A DNA stretch of 64,000 nt from Ostreococcus lucimarinus (Eukaryota): the NCBI GenBank assembly GCA_000092065.1, contig CP000595.1, one strand, 5' to 3'. The notes beneath the pieces are model-generated. The model was not told the DNA's origin. It saw only the letters and a program-made list of their open reading frames with translations, and searched no databases. This document shows positions 8,885 through 18,653 of the stretch, one piece after another (the stretch's first letter is position 1; each line of letters opens with the position of its first letter). Position numbers and translations under genes: made by a program.

Positions 8885-10359
8885 CGCGCGGCGCGAGGCT
8901 GCTGCTGCTCGATCGCGGCGGATGCGCGAAGACGGTCGAGCGCGTGGAGCGCGTGACGCGGCGGGCGTCGGTGTACGGCGCGCGGGAGGACGCGCTGGGG
9001 GCGCTGGAGGCGCTGGGGGCGCGGACGGCGACGGCGAGCGTCGCGGCGTGCGACGCCGAGTCGAAGACGTTGACGCTGGACGACGGCGCGCGCGTGCGGT
9101 ACGGCGCGCTGTGCGTCGCCACGGGGGCGACGCCGCGATGTCCACTGCCGGAGGCGAGCGATGGAGCGGTCGACGCGCACGAGGTGCGAGACGTGGAGAG
9201 CGCGGACGCGCTGGCGAGACGGTTGAGCTCGATGACGGCGACGGCGAGCGCGGATTCGGATTCAAAGACGAAACGGATCGCGATCGCGGGGAACGGAGGG
9301 ATCGCGCTCGAGCTCGTCGACGCGCTATGTGTGCGAGGTTTGCGCGCGCGAGGGTTGGAGGCGTGTGAATTGGTGTGGTTGGTGAAACACGGCGAAGTCG
9401 GCGACGCCTTTTTCGACGTCGACGCCGCGGATTTCTTGCTGCGCGCGCTCGACGCGAGACGGCGAGACGGCGAGGCGAAAGACGACGACGGCGCGGACGT
9501 GGACTGGGACTCACCGACGCCCGAACGCGGTGCCGGACGATCGACGAAGAAGCGCGCGCGAGGGCGCGAATCAGGCGCCGCCGCCGGTCCGGATTGGCTC
9601 GACAGATTTAGAGCGAAGAGCGCGGCGGACGACGCGCGCGCGCCTCTCAGCCGCATGAAGCTTCGCGTGCTGAAAAATGTGTGCATACGCGAAGCGCGTA
9701 AAGACGCAAACACCGGCGTCAACGTATTGACGCTGAGCGATGGGACGACGATCGAGGTGGACGCCGTCGTCGCCGCCGCGGGCGTCGAGCCGAGATGCGA
9801 TTGGCTCGACGAAGTCGCCGCGCCGAGGTCGAAATCAGACGGCGGTATACTCGTCGATGCGTGCATGCGCACCGTAGGACCGTACGGCGACTCAATATTT
9901 GCCGTCGGCGACGCGTGCACGATGTCGGCGCGCGCGTCGAACCCAGAGACGCCGTGGTTTCAAATGCGACTGTGGAGCCAGGCGGCGCAAACAGGCGCCT
10001 TCGCCGCGAAAGTCGCCGCGGGCGTCTGCGACGCCGACGCCCTCGGATTCAATTTCGAAATCTTTACCCACGTCACCAGGTTTTTCGGTCTCAAAGTCAT
10101 CTTGCTCGGGCTGTACAACGCCCAGAAGCTCGACGACGTCCCGGCGAACGAGGTGACGACGTACCAGCGCGAGTCGCTCGCCGACGCGACGTACGTGCGC
10201 GTGCTCCTCGTCCGCGGTCGCATGATGGGCGCCGTGCTCGTCGGCGACACCGATCTCGAGGAAACTTTCGAAAACCTAATCTTAGACGGCGTCGATCTAT
10301 CGCGTTTCGGTCCGAGTTTACTCGATCCCGAGCTCGACTTGGAGGATTATTTCGACTGA
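8635..10359 (+). CDS. PYROXD1-like oxidoreductase, copy 2
   Basis: Identical to copy 1 except for two residues. Its upstream flank is the 3' region of the COG0523 gene. Confidence 0.75.
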
Positions 10360-10441
10360 CGCGACGCGCGAGACGAGCGAGAAACGAATGAAATCAAATG
10401 ACAATCAACCCTAGACAACTACCACCGTCCGACGCCCGCGC

Positions 10442-11047
10442 TCAGTGCGGTTTCGGCACGAACCCGTCCACCGCGAAATTCCGCGTCGCGCGCGGTAAAA
10501 TCACGACGCATCCCTCCAACGCTCCGCGCTCCAGCGTCACCTGACACCCCAACCTCGACGTCGCCGTCAACCCGTACGCCAAATCTAACATGTCGTTCTC
10601 GTCGTCGCACGCCTCCGGCAGCGTCTCGAACACTTTTTCGTCCTCGAACACGACGTGGCACGTGGAACACGCGAGCGAGCCCTCGCACGCGCCCTCGAGC
10701 TCGACGTCGTGCCGGTGCGCCGTCTCCAGCAGGTTCTCGCCAATCAATCCGCGCACCGCGCGTCGCTCACCGTCGCGCTCGACGAACGTCACCTCGATCG
10801 AGTTCTCGGGCGTGAGTTTCGTCTTTTTGTCCGCGCCGTGCGCGATCCGCGGCGACGCGGAGACGCCGCGAGCGACGTAAAGCTGGGCAGGTTTCTGGGA
10901 CGCGCGCGGCGCGGCGTCCCGGGGACGCGACGCCGACGCGCGCGGGAGGGCGGTCGAGGCGAAACACGCGGTCGACGACGACGACGACGACGACGACGCG
11001 CATCGCGCGCTCGCGGCGGCGCACGCGCGCGCGAGACGGCGAAACAT
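10442..11047 (-). CDS. adrenodoxin-type [2Fe-2S] ferredoxin with N-terminal organellar presequence
   Basis: Cys ligand motifs CEGSLACSTCHV...LGCQV are present. The Ala/Ser/Arg-rich N-terminus MFRRLARACAAASARC looks like an organellar presequence. It is convergent with the oxidoreductase, with 83 bp between their stops. Confidence 0.85.
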   Translation of the reverse strand: MFRRLARACAAASARCASSSSSSSSTACFASTALPRASASRPRDAAPRASQKPAQLYVARGVSASPRIAHGADKKTKLTPENSIEVTFVERDGERRAVRGLIGENLLETAHRHDVELEGACEGSLACSTCHVVFEDEKVFETLPEACDDENDMLDLAYGLTATSRLGCQVTLERGALEGCVVILPRATRNFAVDGFVPKPH

Positions 11048-11334
11048 CGGCGCGGTGGGACCTCGCGAGGCGCGAAGTGAAGCCGAGGCGAAGACAAAGT
11101 TGAAAGTCGAATTGCAACGCGGCGGCGCCTCGCGGCGGCGCGAGGGCCCGCGCGCGACGTGTAAGTGTTAATGTTGGTTAATAGTCGGTGGATCATTCGT
11201 CGACGTCCAGGGCGCGCGCGCGGTTCGACGCCGCTCGGCCGAGGTTTTGTTCAAACAGACGCGAAGAGCGGCGCGAGCGCGACTTCGCCGCTCGCCCCCC
11301 CTGCGGACGAGGGCGTCGGGCGCGCGTAAAAGAA

Positions 11335-12252
11335 TCATTCGTTCGGGTAAAGTTCCCTCTCAAACTCCTCCAAAGTTGCTAAATCGCTCGGTTTGAGCTT
11401 AATGCCCTTGTGTCCGCGCGGGTATCGGCGCTCCAGCGCCCGCATCGCGTCCTCCAATTTCCTCCGCTCGCTATACATCAGATACGCCACGGCGACGCTC
11501 GGCGCGCGCGAGTGCCCGCTCATGCAGTACACCAGCACCCTATTCGGCACCCCAGCCTCATCCGCGCGCTTCGCCTTGACGTGTAATTGCTCTAACTTCC
11601 TCACCGTCTCCCCTAAATCCAATTTCGTACCGTCATTCGCGTTTCGCGGCGCCGTGAAGACGTCTATTTGCCTAGAGCTACAGCACGGCGTGCACTGCGG
11701 CACGCTCTGTTCGTTCGCGCGCGTCGCGCCGTTCGTCAGTCACCGCGCTTCGCGCCCGCCGATCGCGTCCACCCATCCCACATCGTCCCCAAACCGTCGT
11801 CTCGCGCCTTCGATCTCGTCCCCTCCATTCGCGCTCGCCTCCTCCTCGTCTCTCCGCGCGCGTCCCGCTCGCGCGCGGGCCCCCCAAGTCCCGCGCCCTT
11901 CCCCGCGCTCCCGTCCCGTCGCCTCTCTCTTCCCGCGCTCGCGTCGTTCGCCCGCCGCGCTCGCCCGCTCGAAACGCACGTTCATCACCGTTCGTATCCC
12001 GCACGCCAGCAGCACGTCCTCCTTGCTCGTGTGTTCGAACGCGCCGAGGCACAAAAACTTGTCGATGACTTCGATGATTGGTTCGTCGTGCCCCAATCGC
12101 GGTCTCGGGAGGTCGTCGAGGTCGTCGTCGACGCGTCGGTGGTGGCCGCAGACGCCGCACGTCGTGCCCGGCGCGTGGTCGTGGCCGCACGCGCGGCACC
12201 AGGCGGCGCGCGGCGGCGGGGCGTCGTCGTCGCTGTCGACGACGTGCGGCAT
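11335..12252 (-). CDS. dual-specificity phosphatase, two exons: join(12252..11980, 11706..11335)
   Basis: Exon 1 encodes IIEVIDKFLCLGAFEHTSKEDVLLACGIRTVMN and is followed by a GTGCGT donor. The intron has a CTGAC branch and an AG acceptor. Exon 2 carries the catalytic CX5R motif VLVYCMSGHSR. The N-terminus has CRACGHDH...CGVCGHH (CxxC...CxxC). Confidence 0.6.
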
Positions 12253-12305
12253 CGTGTGCGCGCGTGGGGGGGTCGGGGGCGATGCTTTGCGTGTGATTGT
12301 CGCGC

Positions 12306-12510
12306 ATTCGGCGTGTCTAATACGGGGTTGAGGTGCGTATTGGGGGGGGCGTTCGCGTTGATTAGGTTAGGCGATTTTTGTGTCCGTGTTTTTATGGAGG
12401 TGATTGATTCTTTGGGTGCGCGCGTCCCGGATTCGGCGTGTACAATACGGGGTTTAGGTGCGTATTGCGGGGGACCGTGATCGGGCGATTTTTGTGTCCG
12501 TGTTTATATG
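12306..12510. repeat. tandem duplication of an about 125-bp element (2 copies) in the bidirectional promoter between the phosphatase and PITH genes
   Basis: attcggcgtgt(c/a)(t/c)aatacggggtt(g/t)aggtgcgtattg...ggcgatttttgtgtccgtgttt(t/a)tatg occurs twice. Confidence 0.6.
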
Positions 12511-12597
12511 TAGTCTCACACTGACCTCGGCGGTCGATCGCGCGCCGTCGTCGGTTCGAAACGCGCCGCAACGCCACGCGCGTCGCCATATCGCGCG

Positions 12598-13095
12598 ATG
12601 CTCGACTTGATCGACCACGTCGATGAGCGCTCGGTGGAGTGCCTGAACGCGCTGACGGACGAGAGCTGGCGCAACGCGCTGTGGCCCGGACCGCGGGATC
12701 GGGCGTCGTCGACGCTCGTGAGCGACGACGACGAGGAGCTCATCCTGCGCGTGGAGTTCACGTCCAACGTGCGACCGCGCGCGGTGAAAATCGCGGGCGC
12801 GAGCGCGACGCACGCGCGCGAGGACGCGAGCGCGCCGCGGGTGGTGAAGATATTCGTGAACGCGCCGAGTCTGAGCTTTGAGAATGCGGCCAAGCGGCGC
12901 GCGGCGCAAGTCGTCGAGCTCGACGGCGACGACGAGGTCGAGCTCGACGTGACGGCGTTTGAGAACGTGCGCGTGATGACGTTTTACGTGGAGAGCAACG
13001 TGGGCGGGACGGCGCGGACGGAGATCGGGAGGATCGATATCAAGGGCGAGCTCTCGGGCGAGCTGCGAGACGTGTCGGAGCTCAAGCCGTGCTGA
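12598..13095 (+). CDS. PITH-domain protein
   Basis: Blocks similar to PITHD1 are present: VECLNALTDE, DDDEELILRVEFTSNV and VMTFYVESNVGG...IGRIDIKGE. Confidence 0.65.
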   Translation: MLDLIDHVDERSVECLNALTDESWRNALWPGPRDRASSTLVSDDDEELILRVEFTSNVRPRAVKIAGASATHAREDASAPRVVKIFVNAPSLSFENAAKRRAAQVVELDGDDEVELDVTAFENVRVMTFYVESNVGGTARTEIGRIDIKGELSGELRDVSELKPC

Positions 13096-13467
13096 GGACG
13101 GTAGGATTCGTCGTCACCGACGATGGATCCGGCCCCGAACGATGCGGTTACGATACGACTGAATGTTTTTACGCGCGTCGGTGCCGGGCACCGACGGGAG
13201 CGGTGGATTTTTACCGGGTCAAGGCGTCGGCGGCGCTCGAAACGAATTCGAGCGCCGCCGACCCGCGTGACGACGCGCGGCGAAAGCTCGCACCTCGAGC
13301 CGCCGCGCGTCCGATTTTCCGGTTCAAAAATGCCATTCACGAATCAAACCAACATACTAGACTATAGCGTATAGCCTCGCGCTGTGTAATATAGAGCATG
13401 TGTACCCGACGCCGCGTCTGTACCCGACGCCGCGGCGCCGCATTGACCGACTCGCGCGCGCGCCGTC

Positions 13468-14952
13468 ATGTCCTCCGCGCCCGCGCCGCCCGTGCGCGTC
13501 GGTCACGCGCTGAGTGGGATATTCGTCATCAACCTGCGCGGAGACGTGCTGCTGATGCGCGCGTACCGCGAAGACATCGAGCGACACGTGTTGGATGCAT
13601 TTCGCACGCAGATCCTGAATCCGCGCGGTGGCGCGCGACGCGACGCGCGATCGACGCCTCGACGCGGACGCAAAGACGACGGATTCGCCACGGAAGCGCC
13701 GGTGCGAAGAATCGGGAGCGTGACGTACATGATGAAACGGTCGAGAGACGTGTACGTGGTGGGGATCGCGCGCGGGCAAGGCGAACGGGGCGGACCGGGC
13801 GACGCGAATTTAATGCTCGGATTCACGTTCCTGGGACACGTCGTGCGGCTGTGCAATCAATACTTTGGCGCGTGCGATGAAAACGCGATCCGTGGGAACT
13901 TTGTGCTGATGTACGAGCTGCTGGATGAGATTTGCGACGACGGGTATCCGCAGATAACCGCTGGGGAGACGCTGAAGACGTACATCACGCAGAAGGGTTC
14001 TAAACTTGAAGGTGCGATCGGAAAAGAGGCGATGGAACGGAGCGCGGCGGAGGACCAACGCCGGGCGATGGAGGCGGCGAAACAGGTGACGAGCGCGGTG
14101 CAATGGCGAAGAGAGGGGTTATCGTATAAGAAGAATGAAGTGTATTTGGACATCGTGGAGAGCGTGAATCTGATGATGAGCGCGGAAGGCACGGTATTGC
14201 GAGCGAACGTGCAGGGTTCGATTTACATGAGGACTTTTCTGAGTGGGATGCCAAACCTCAGCGTCGGGCTGAACGATCGCCTCGGGGAGACGACGCGCGT
14301 GACGTCGCGCGGCGAAGACGCCGAGACGAGCGCGGCTCGCGATCGAAGGCTGATCGACCTGGACGATTTACAGTTTCATCAGTGCGTGCGACTGGATAAA
14401 TTTAGCGCGGAAAAAGTGATCGAGTTCACCCCGCCCGATGGCGAGTTCGAGCTCGTCAAGTATCGCGTGTCGGATAACATCACGCTTCCGTTCAAGCTCA
14501 TGCCCGTAGTGAAGGAACTCGGTAGAACGCGTCTGGCCGTCACCGTCAACCTACGCTCGCTCTACGGTCCCACGACCGTGGCGAACGAAATTAAAGTGCG
14601 AATCCCCGTCCCCAAGCTCACCGCGCGGGCGACGATCAACGTGAGCGGGGGCAAGGCCAAGTACGTACCCGAGGAGGGCTGTCTTCGCTGGAAAATCAAA
14701 AAGTGCGCGGGTCACGAGGAATACCAGCTCGACGCCGAGGTCTTACTCGCCAACACGCTGGAGGACCACAAACCTTGGGTGCAACCGCCGATAAACATCG
14801 CGTTTCACGTCCCGATGTTCACCGCCTCGGGCTTGCGAGTGCGCTTTCTCGAAGTCAAGGAGGCGTCCAACTACGACGTCGTCAGGTGGGTGCGATACTT
14901 GTGCCAGAGCGGCGGTTCGTCGTCGTCGTCGTACGAGATTAGATGCGCGTGA
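13468..14952 (+). CDS. adaptor-protein complex mu subunit (AP-2 mu-like)
   Basis: NFVLMYELLDEICDDGYPQ, WRREGLSYKKNEVYLDIVESVNLMMSAEG, LQFHQCVRLDKF, IEFTPPDGEFELVKYR and a C-terminal ...YEIRCA tail (AP-2 mu ends ...YETRC) are present. Confidence 0.85.
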   Translation: MSSAPAPPVRVGHALSGIFVINLRGDVLLMRAYREDIERHVLDAFRTQILNPRGGARRDARSTPRRGRKDDGFATEAPVRRIGSVTYMMKRSRDVYVVGIARGQGERGGPGDANLMLGFTFLGHVVRLCNQYFGACDENAIRGNFVLMYELLDEICDDGYPQITAGETLKTYITQKGSKLEGAIGKEAMERSAAEDQRRAMEAAKQVTSAVQWRREGLSYKKNEVYLDIVESVNLMMSAEGTVLRANVQGSIYMRTFLSGMPNLSVGLNDRLGETTRVTSRGEDAETSAARDRRLIDLDDLQFHQCVRLDKFSAEKVIEFTPPDGEFELVKYRVSDNITLPFKLMPVVKELGRTRLAVTVNLRSLYGPTTVANEIKVRIPVPKLTARATINVSGGKAKYVPEEGCLRWKIKKCAGHEEYQLDAEVLLANTLEDHKPWVQPPINIAFHVPMFTASGLRVRFLEVKEASNYDVVRWVRYLCQSGGSSSSSYEIRCA

Positions 14953-15109
14953 AATGTCGGTTATAATTCACATCCCGCTTTAGCCATCCCGTCACCGCGC
15001 TGTTTTTATCGTCGCGAAGCTGTCGTCCCGCTCGCGTCTGGGACAGACTCCTCAGATACCGCCTCGCCGCCCGTCGTCTCGCCACCTCGCGCGGTACCGG
15101 CGTCACGCG

Positions 15110-15283
15110 ATGTCCATGTTTACCACACGCGCGTCGAGCTTCGCCGTAGGCTTCGCCGTGGCTTCCGCGGGTGGCTTTTACGTCATCAAAGAGGAGATTC
15201 AGAAGAATCACGAGGCGTTGGCGCGTGAGTGTTCGACGCTGTGCGATCGCGTCAAGGCTCTCGAGGCGCGCGTGGGGAAGTAA
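15110..15283 (+). CDS. candidate small (57 aa) membrane/coiled-coil protein, below the ORF-track length cutoff
   Basis: It has an ATG start. The translation MSMFTTRASSFAVGFAVASAGGFYVIKEEIQKNHEALARECSTLCDRVKALEARVGK has a Gly/Ala-rich hydrophobic segment followed by an amphipathic helix. It sits in a 400-bp gap between two genes. Confidence 0.3.
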   Translation: MSMFTTRASSFAVGFAVASAGGFYVIKEEIQKNHEALARECSTLCDRVKALEARVGK

Positions 15284-15348
15284 TAGCATAGCCGATGCCA
15301 CCGCATCGTTGTAGTAGCGCACGGATATCACGTCGTGTATCTGACAAG

Positions 15349-16980
15349 TCACCGCGGTTCCACGGATGGCGTCGAGAGAAGCGTTTCGCGAAGCGTCGGA
15401 AACGCGTCGACGCACAGAGCGCGGTGCGTCGGCCAGGATAACCTCTGACACGCGGATGAACAGTAAATCTCGCTTTTGCATCGCGCGCAGCGTTTCGGCG
15501 ACGTCGTCAGACGGAAACATCCCGCGCACGTCTTCGGCTTTCGAGGAAGCTGGGCAAGATCGAAGTGCCGCGCACAGAGCGCAGAGGCGGCACCGATGGC
15601 GCTCGCGATGTCTGCGTCGGTGTCTCGTTCGCGCGTGCCTAAAACGTCGCCTCTTTCGATCGGGTCGGGCCATGATCGATGTTTTCGGGGTGTGTCGATG
15701 CTCGCCGCGAGAAGCGCCTCGCCAGATTGGCCGTCATTGTCGACGATTTCCCTCACGACGCGGATGACATCGAACTCTTTCAAAACTTCGAGCGCCTCTG
15801 TCGCGTTGCGATGACACGCCCAGTGGTACGCCGTACGCCCGCGCGAATCGACAAGTGCGGTGAGTTTCGCCGGATCTTTCGCTCGTCGTAAAATCATTCG
15901 AGCCAGCGGCGCGTTGGAGTGCGCGCACGCGAGCATCAACAACGTTTGCCCGCTCGAACACCGCACTTCGTCGTCTCCGTCGTTCTCATGCGCATCGAGT
16001 GCGAATGTCATCAACTTCATGCGGCTCGCGAGCATCTCAGTGGCGCGTCCTGGTTGTCTGACGGCGTCGCGAGTCATGCTATCCGCGAGATAGTGCACGG
16101 GCAACCACCCGTGGGGTCTACAACGCACGTTCAAGTCGCCGCCGGCTGCGCACAGAGCTTCTACCGTTCGTAGCTCTACTCCGAATCCGAAAGCCGTGTG
16201 AAGCGCGAAATCGTCCACCCTGATACCCGGGGTTCGCAAGAGCGCTTCTACGATAGAATGCCGGCCGATCCTGCAAGCATGCTGAAGCACGCTGCCGTGC
16301 GCTCCCTTCGCGTTGACATCGGCGCCAAGGTGTATCAGAAACTCGACAAAATCCACATCTTGTCTACCATCGATCGCGTACATCAGCGGCGTCCTCTGAA
16401 GACTATCTCTGCGATTGACGACGCATCGCGCCGATTCGAACGGTTGCCGATTTCCGACGAACGCCGCGACGTGCGACGTCGATCGGTCGGCGTCCCCTAC
16501 TTCATCCAATATACTTTCGATCCACGTCTCATTCCATCGATCTATATCCATCGCAAACGTTGCGTTCGCGATGCGTCGACGAACGGGCGACCCGATCGTT
16601 TTCTCGCCGTCGGCGAGTCGCATCAAGATGTCACATCGTTGCCATCGCGCCGCGCAATCCACTAAATGAATCTGCTTCGACGGCGTGTTCGCGGCCCTCA
16701 CGACCGTCTCAACGATCATATCGGATGTTTTTGCGTCGCAGCACACGAGCATGGCGGCGGAAACACCGATGGGTGAGACTTTGAACGCGTCGCAACCGTT
16801 CGCGAGCAACCACAGCGTCGTGCTCGGCGAGGCGAAGGGAGAGAGCACAGAAACGGAAAGCGCATCAAGGCCATCCACGCACGCCAGCGCGGGATCGATC
16901 TTCCCTTCCAACGACAGCGCTATGACGTCGTCCAACTGGTCGTGATAAACCGCGATGAGGAAGATTTTATTGATGGACAT
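15349..16980 (-). CDS. ankyrin-repeat protein with C-terminal MYND-type zinc finger
   Basis: 33-aa ANK repeats are present, for example TPLMYAIDGRQDVDFVEFLIHLGADVNAKG. The C-terminal MYND pattern is CAGCFRLTTSPKRCARCKSEIYCSSACQRLSWPTHRALC. Confidence 0.7.
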   Translation of the reverse strand: MSINKIFLIAVYHDQLDDVIALSLEGKIDPALACVDGLDALSVSVLSPFASPSTTLWLLANGCDAFKVSPIGVSAAMLVCCDAKTSDMIVETVVRAANTPSKQIHLVDCAARWQRCDILMRLADGEKTIGSPVRRRIANATFAMDIDRWNETWIESILDEVGDADRSTSHVAAFVGNRQPFESARCVVNRRDSLQRTPLMYAIDGRQDVDFVEFLIHLGADVNAKGAHGSVLQHACRIGRHSIVEALLRTPGIRVDDFALHTAFGFGVELRTVEALCAAGGDLNVRCRPHGWLPVHYLADSMTRDAVRQPGRATEMLASRMKLMTFALDAHENDGDDEVRCSSGQTLLMLACAHSNAPLARMILRRAKDPAKLTALVDSRGRTAYHWACHRNATEALEVLKEFDVIRVVREIVDNDGQSGEALLAASIDTPRKHRSWPDPIERGDVLGTRERDTDADIASAIGAASALCARHFDLAQLPRKPKTCAGCFRLTTSPKRCARCKSEIYCSSACQRLSWPTHRALCVDAFPTLRETLLSTPSVEPR

Positions 16981-17058
16981 CGAGAGGCGAGGCGAGGAGT
17001 GGAGGTTCGTTCTTCGTTTCGTACTACAGACTAAAGTTAAAGTGTAAAAAGCGTCGCC

Positions 17059-17712
17059 CTAGTTCATGCTCGCCATGCGAGCCGCCACGTCCGCCATCAA
17101 ATCTCTTCGTTTCTTCAACCGATCGGTGGCGTCGTACACGATCGTCTCGCACCCGTTCTTATCGACAATCTTGACCAAATAATCCGTCGGCGCGGTGACC
17201 AAGCGCTCGCACACCTCGCCGACGCACAAATCCACCAAATCCATCGCCTGCGCCCTCGACATGTTCGGCACCCAGTGCTTATCGAACAACGACAAGCAAA
17301 ACATCCCCCCGTACCCGTGTCCTCCGGTGTTCACCCGATGACACGTCGCCAAGTAATCCATAAAATGCAACTCGGGTTCGTTTTTCAATTTATCAAACCC
17401 CGCGAGCAAGCAGTTCACCTGATACGGTCCGCTCCTCAGCGCCTCCGCGAGTTCATTCCTCGCGTAATGCGCCGTCGCGCTCACGTCCAACTCGTGTCCA
17501 TATTTCAACCGGTACAACCGCACGTTCGCGCGCAGGTACTCTCCGAACGCGACGCAGTCGCCCTTCGGTCCGCTCAGCGCCATGATCTTCGTCGAGTCCA
17601 GCTCCACGATCTTGTCCTCGTCCAGTTTTTGCACTATGATTTGCTGCGTCGCCGCGCGGTCGGCGACCAGCACGGCGAAGTCGTATCCCACGAATCCGAA
17701 CACCACGTCCAT
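17059..17712 (-). CDS. PSMB2: 20S proteasome subunit beta type-2
   Basis: Near-colinear with PSMB2: FGFVGYDFAVLVADRAA...CVAFGEYLRANVRLYRLKYGHEL...RSGPYQVNCLLAGFD...KIVDKNG. Confidence 0.9.
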   Translation of the reverse strand: MDVVFGFVGYDFAVLVADRAATQQIIVQKLDEDKIVELDSTKIMALSGPKGDCVAFGEYLRANVRLYRLKYGHELDVSATAHYARNELAEALRSGPYQVNCLLAGFDKLKNEPELHFMDYLATCHRVNTGGHGYGGMFCLSLFDKHWVPNMSRAQAMDLVDLCVGEVCERLVTAPTDYLVKIVDKNGCETIVYDATDRLKKRRDLMADVAARMASMN

Positions 17713-18005
17713 CGCGCGTCGTCGTCGTTTCTATTCGTTGAATGAATGAATGAACGCTCGCGCGCGATCGATCTGTGATTCGCGACTTTAACCGTCTCCG
17801 CGCGCGCGCGATCGCGTCCCGCTCGACCGCGTCCCGCTCGACCGCGTCGCGCGCACCGTTCCGCGCTTTCGGCGCTCGCTCGCTCGACGCGCGGACTCGA
17901 CGCGTCGACGTGTGCGGCGCCGAAAGCGCCAATCGTCAACGACGCGTCAACGACCGACGCGCGGCGACACTTCGCGTCGCGCGCTCGCGTCGCGCCGCTC
18001 TCGAC

Positions 18006-18605
18006 ATGTCCGCCGAGCGCAAGCGCTACGCCGTGGTGTGCGCGGCGAACTTTAACCGCTCCATGGAGGCGCACAAGGTGCTCGCCGAGCGCGGACTCGA
18101 CGTCGCGAGTTTCGGCGCGGCGTCGCGCGTCAAGCTCCCGGGGGCGTCCCGGGACGACCCGAACGTGTACGATTTCGATTCGATCACGTACGAGGACATC
18201 GCGAGCGATCTGGAGCGACAACCGCGGGAGACGGTGGAGAATTACGAGGCGAGAGGGATGTTTGAGATGCTGCGGCGAAACGCGAAGATCAAACCGGCGC
18301 CGCAGCGATGGCAGACGCACAGCGATCGAGAGCGGTTCGACGTGGTCGTGTGCTTCGAGGAGAGGGTGTTCGATCTCGTGATGGAGGATCTGCGAGCGAA
18401 GGGAGGGGCGCGGGAGGGGGTGCTGGTGGTGAATTTGGACGTGCGAGACTCGCACGATTCGAGCGTGGACGCGGCGCCGAGGGCGTTGCGGTTGTGCGAG
18501 GCGTTGGAGGCGAGCGAGGATTGGGAGAGCGAGGTGGATGAGATCATGAATGCGTTCGAAGAGGCGGAGGGGATGCGACCGTTGTACGGCGTGTGTTATT
18601 ATTGA
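18006..18605 (+). CDS. SSU72: RNA polymerase II CTD phosphatase SSU72
   Basis: YAVVCAANFNRSMEAHKVL (CX5R-type VCxxNxNRS), PNVYDFDSITYE, VVCFEERVFDLVMEDL and VVNLDVRDSHDS are present. Start is taken at MSAERKRY. Confidence 0.9.
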   Translation: MSAERKRYAVVCAANFNRSMEAHKVLAERGLDVASFGAASRVKLPGASRDDPNVYDFDSITYEDIASDLERQPRETVENYEARGMFEMLRRNAKIKPAPQRWQTHSDRERFDVVVCFEERVFDLVMEDLRAKGGAREGVLVVNLDVRDSHDSSVDAAPRALRLCEALEASEDWESEVDEIMNAFEEAEGMRPLYGVCYY

Positions 18606-18653
18606 TGGATGATTGTACAGCGCGCCGGCGACGCGCTCGTATTTTACAACTCG

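Larger units (their letters stand above)
8316..10845. repeat. segmental duplication copy 2
   Basis: See copy 1. Differences are about 7 single-nucleotide changes, for example gagagc versus gaggac and a V-to-A change in the oxidoreductase. Confidence 0.9.

Noticed and set aside
14939-15673. ORF 14939..15673 (-) overlapping the C-terminus of the ankyrin-MYND gene
   Set aside because: It is in a different frame on the same strand as a domain-supported CDS and is Arg/His-rich with no features.
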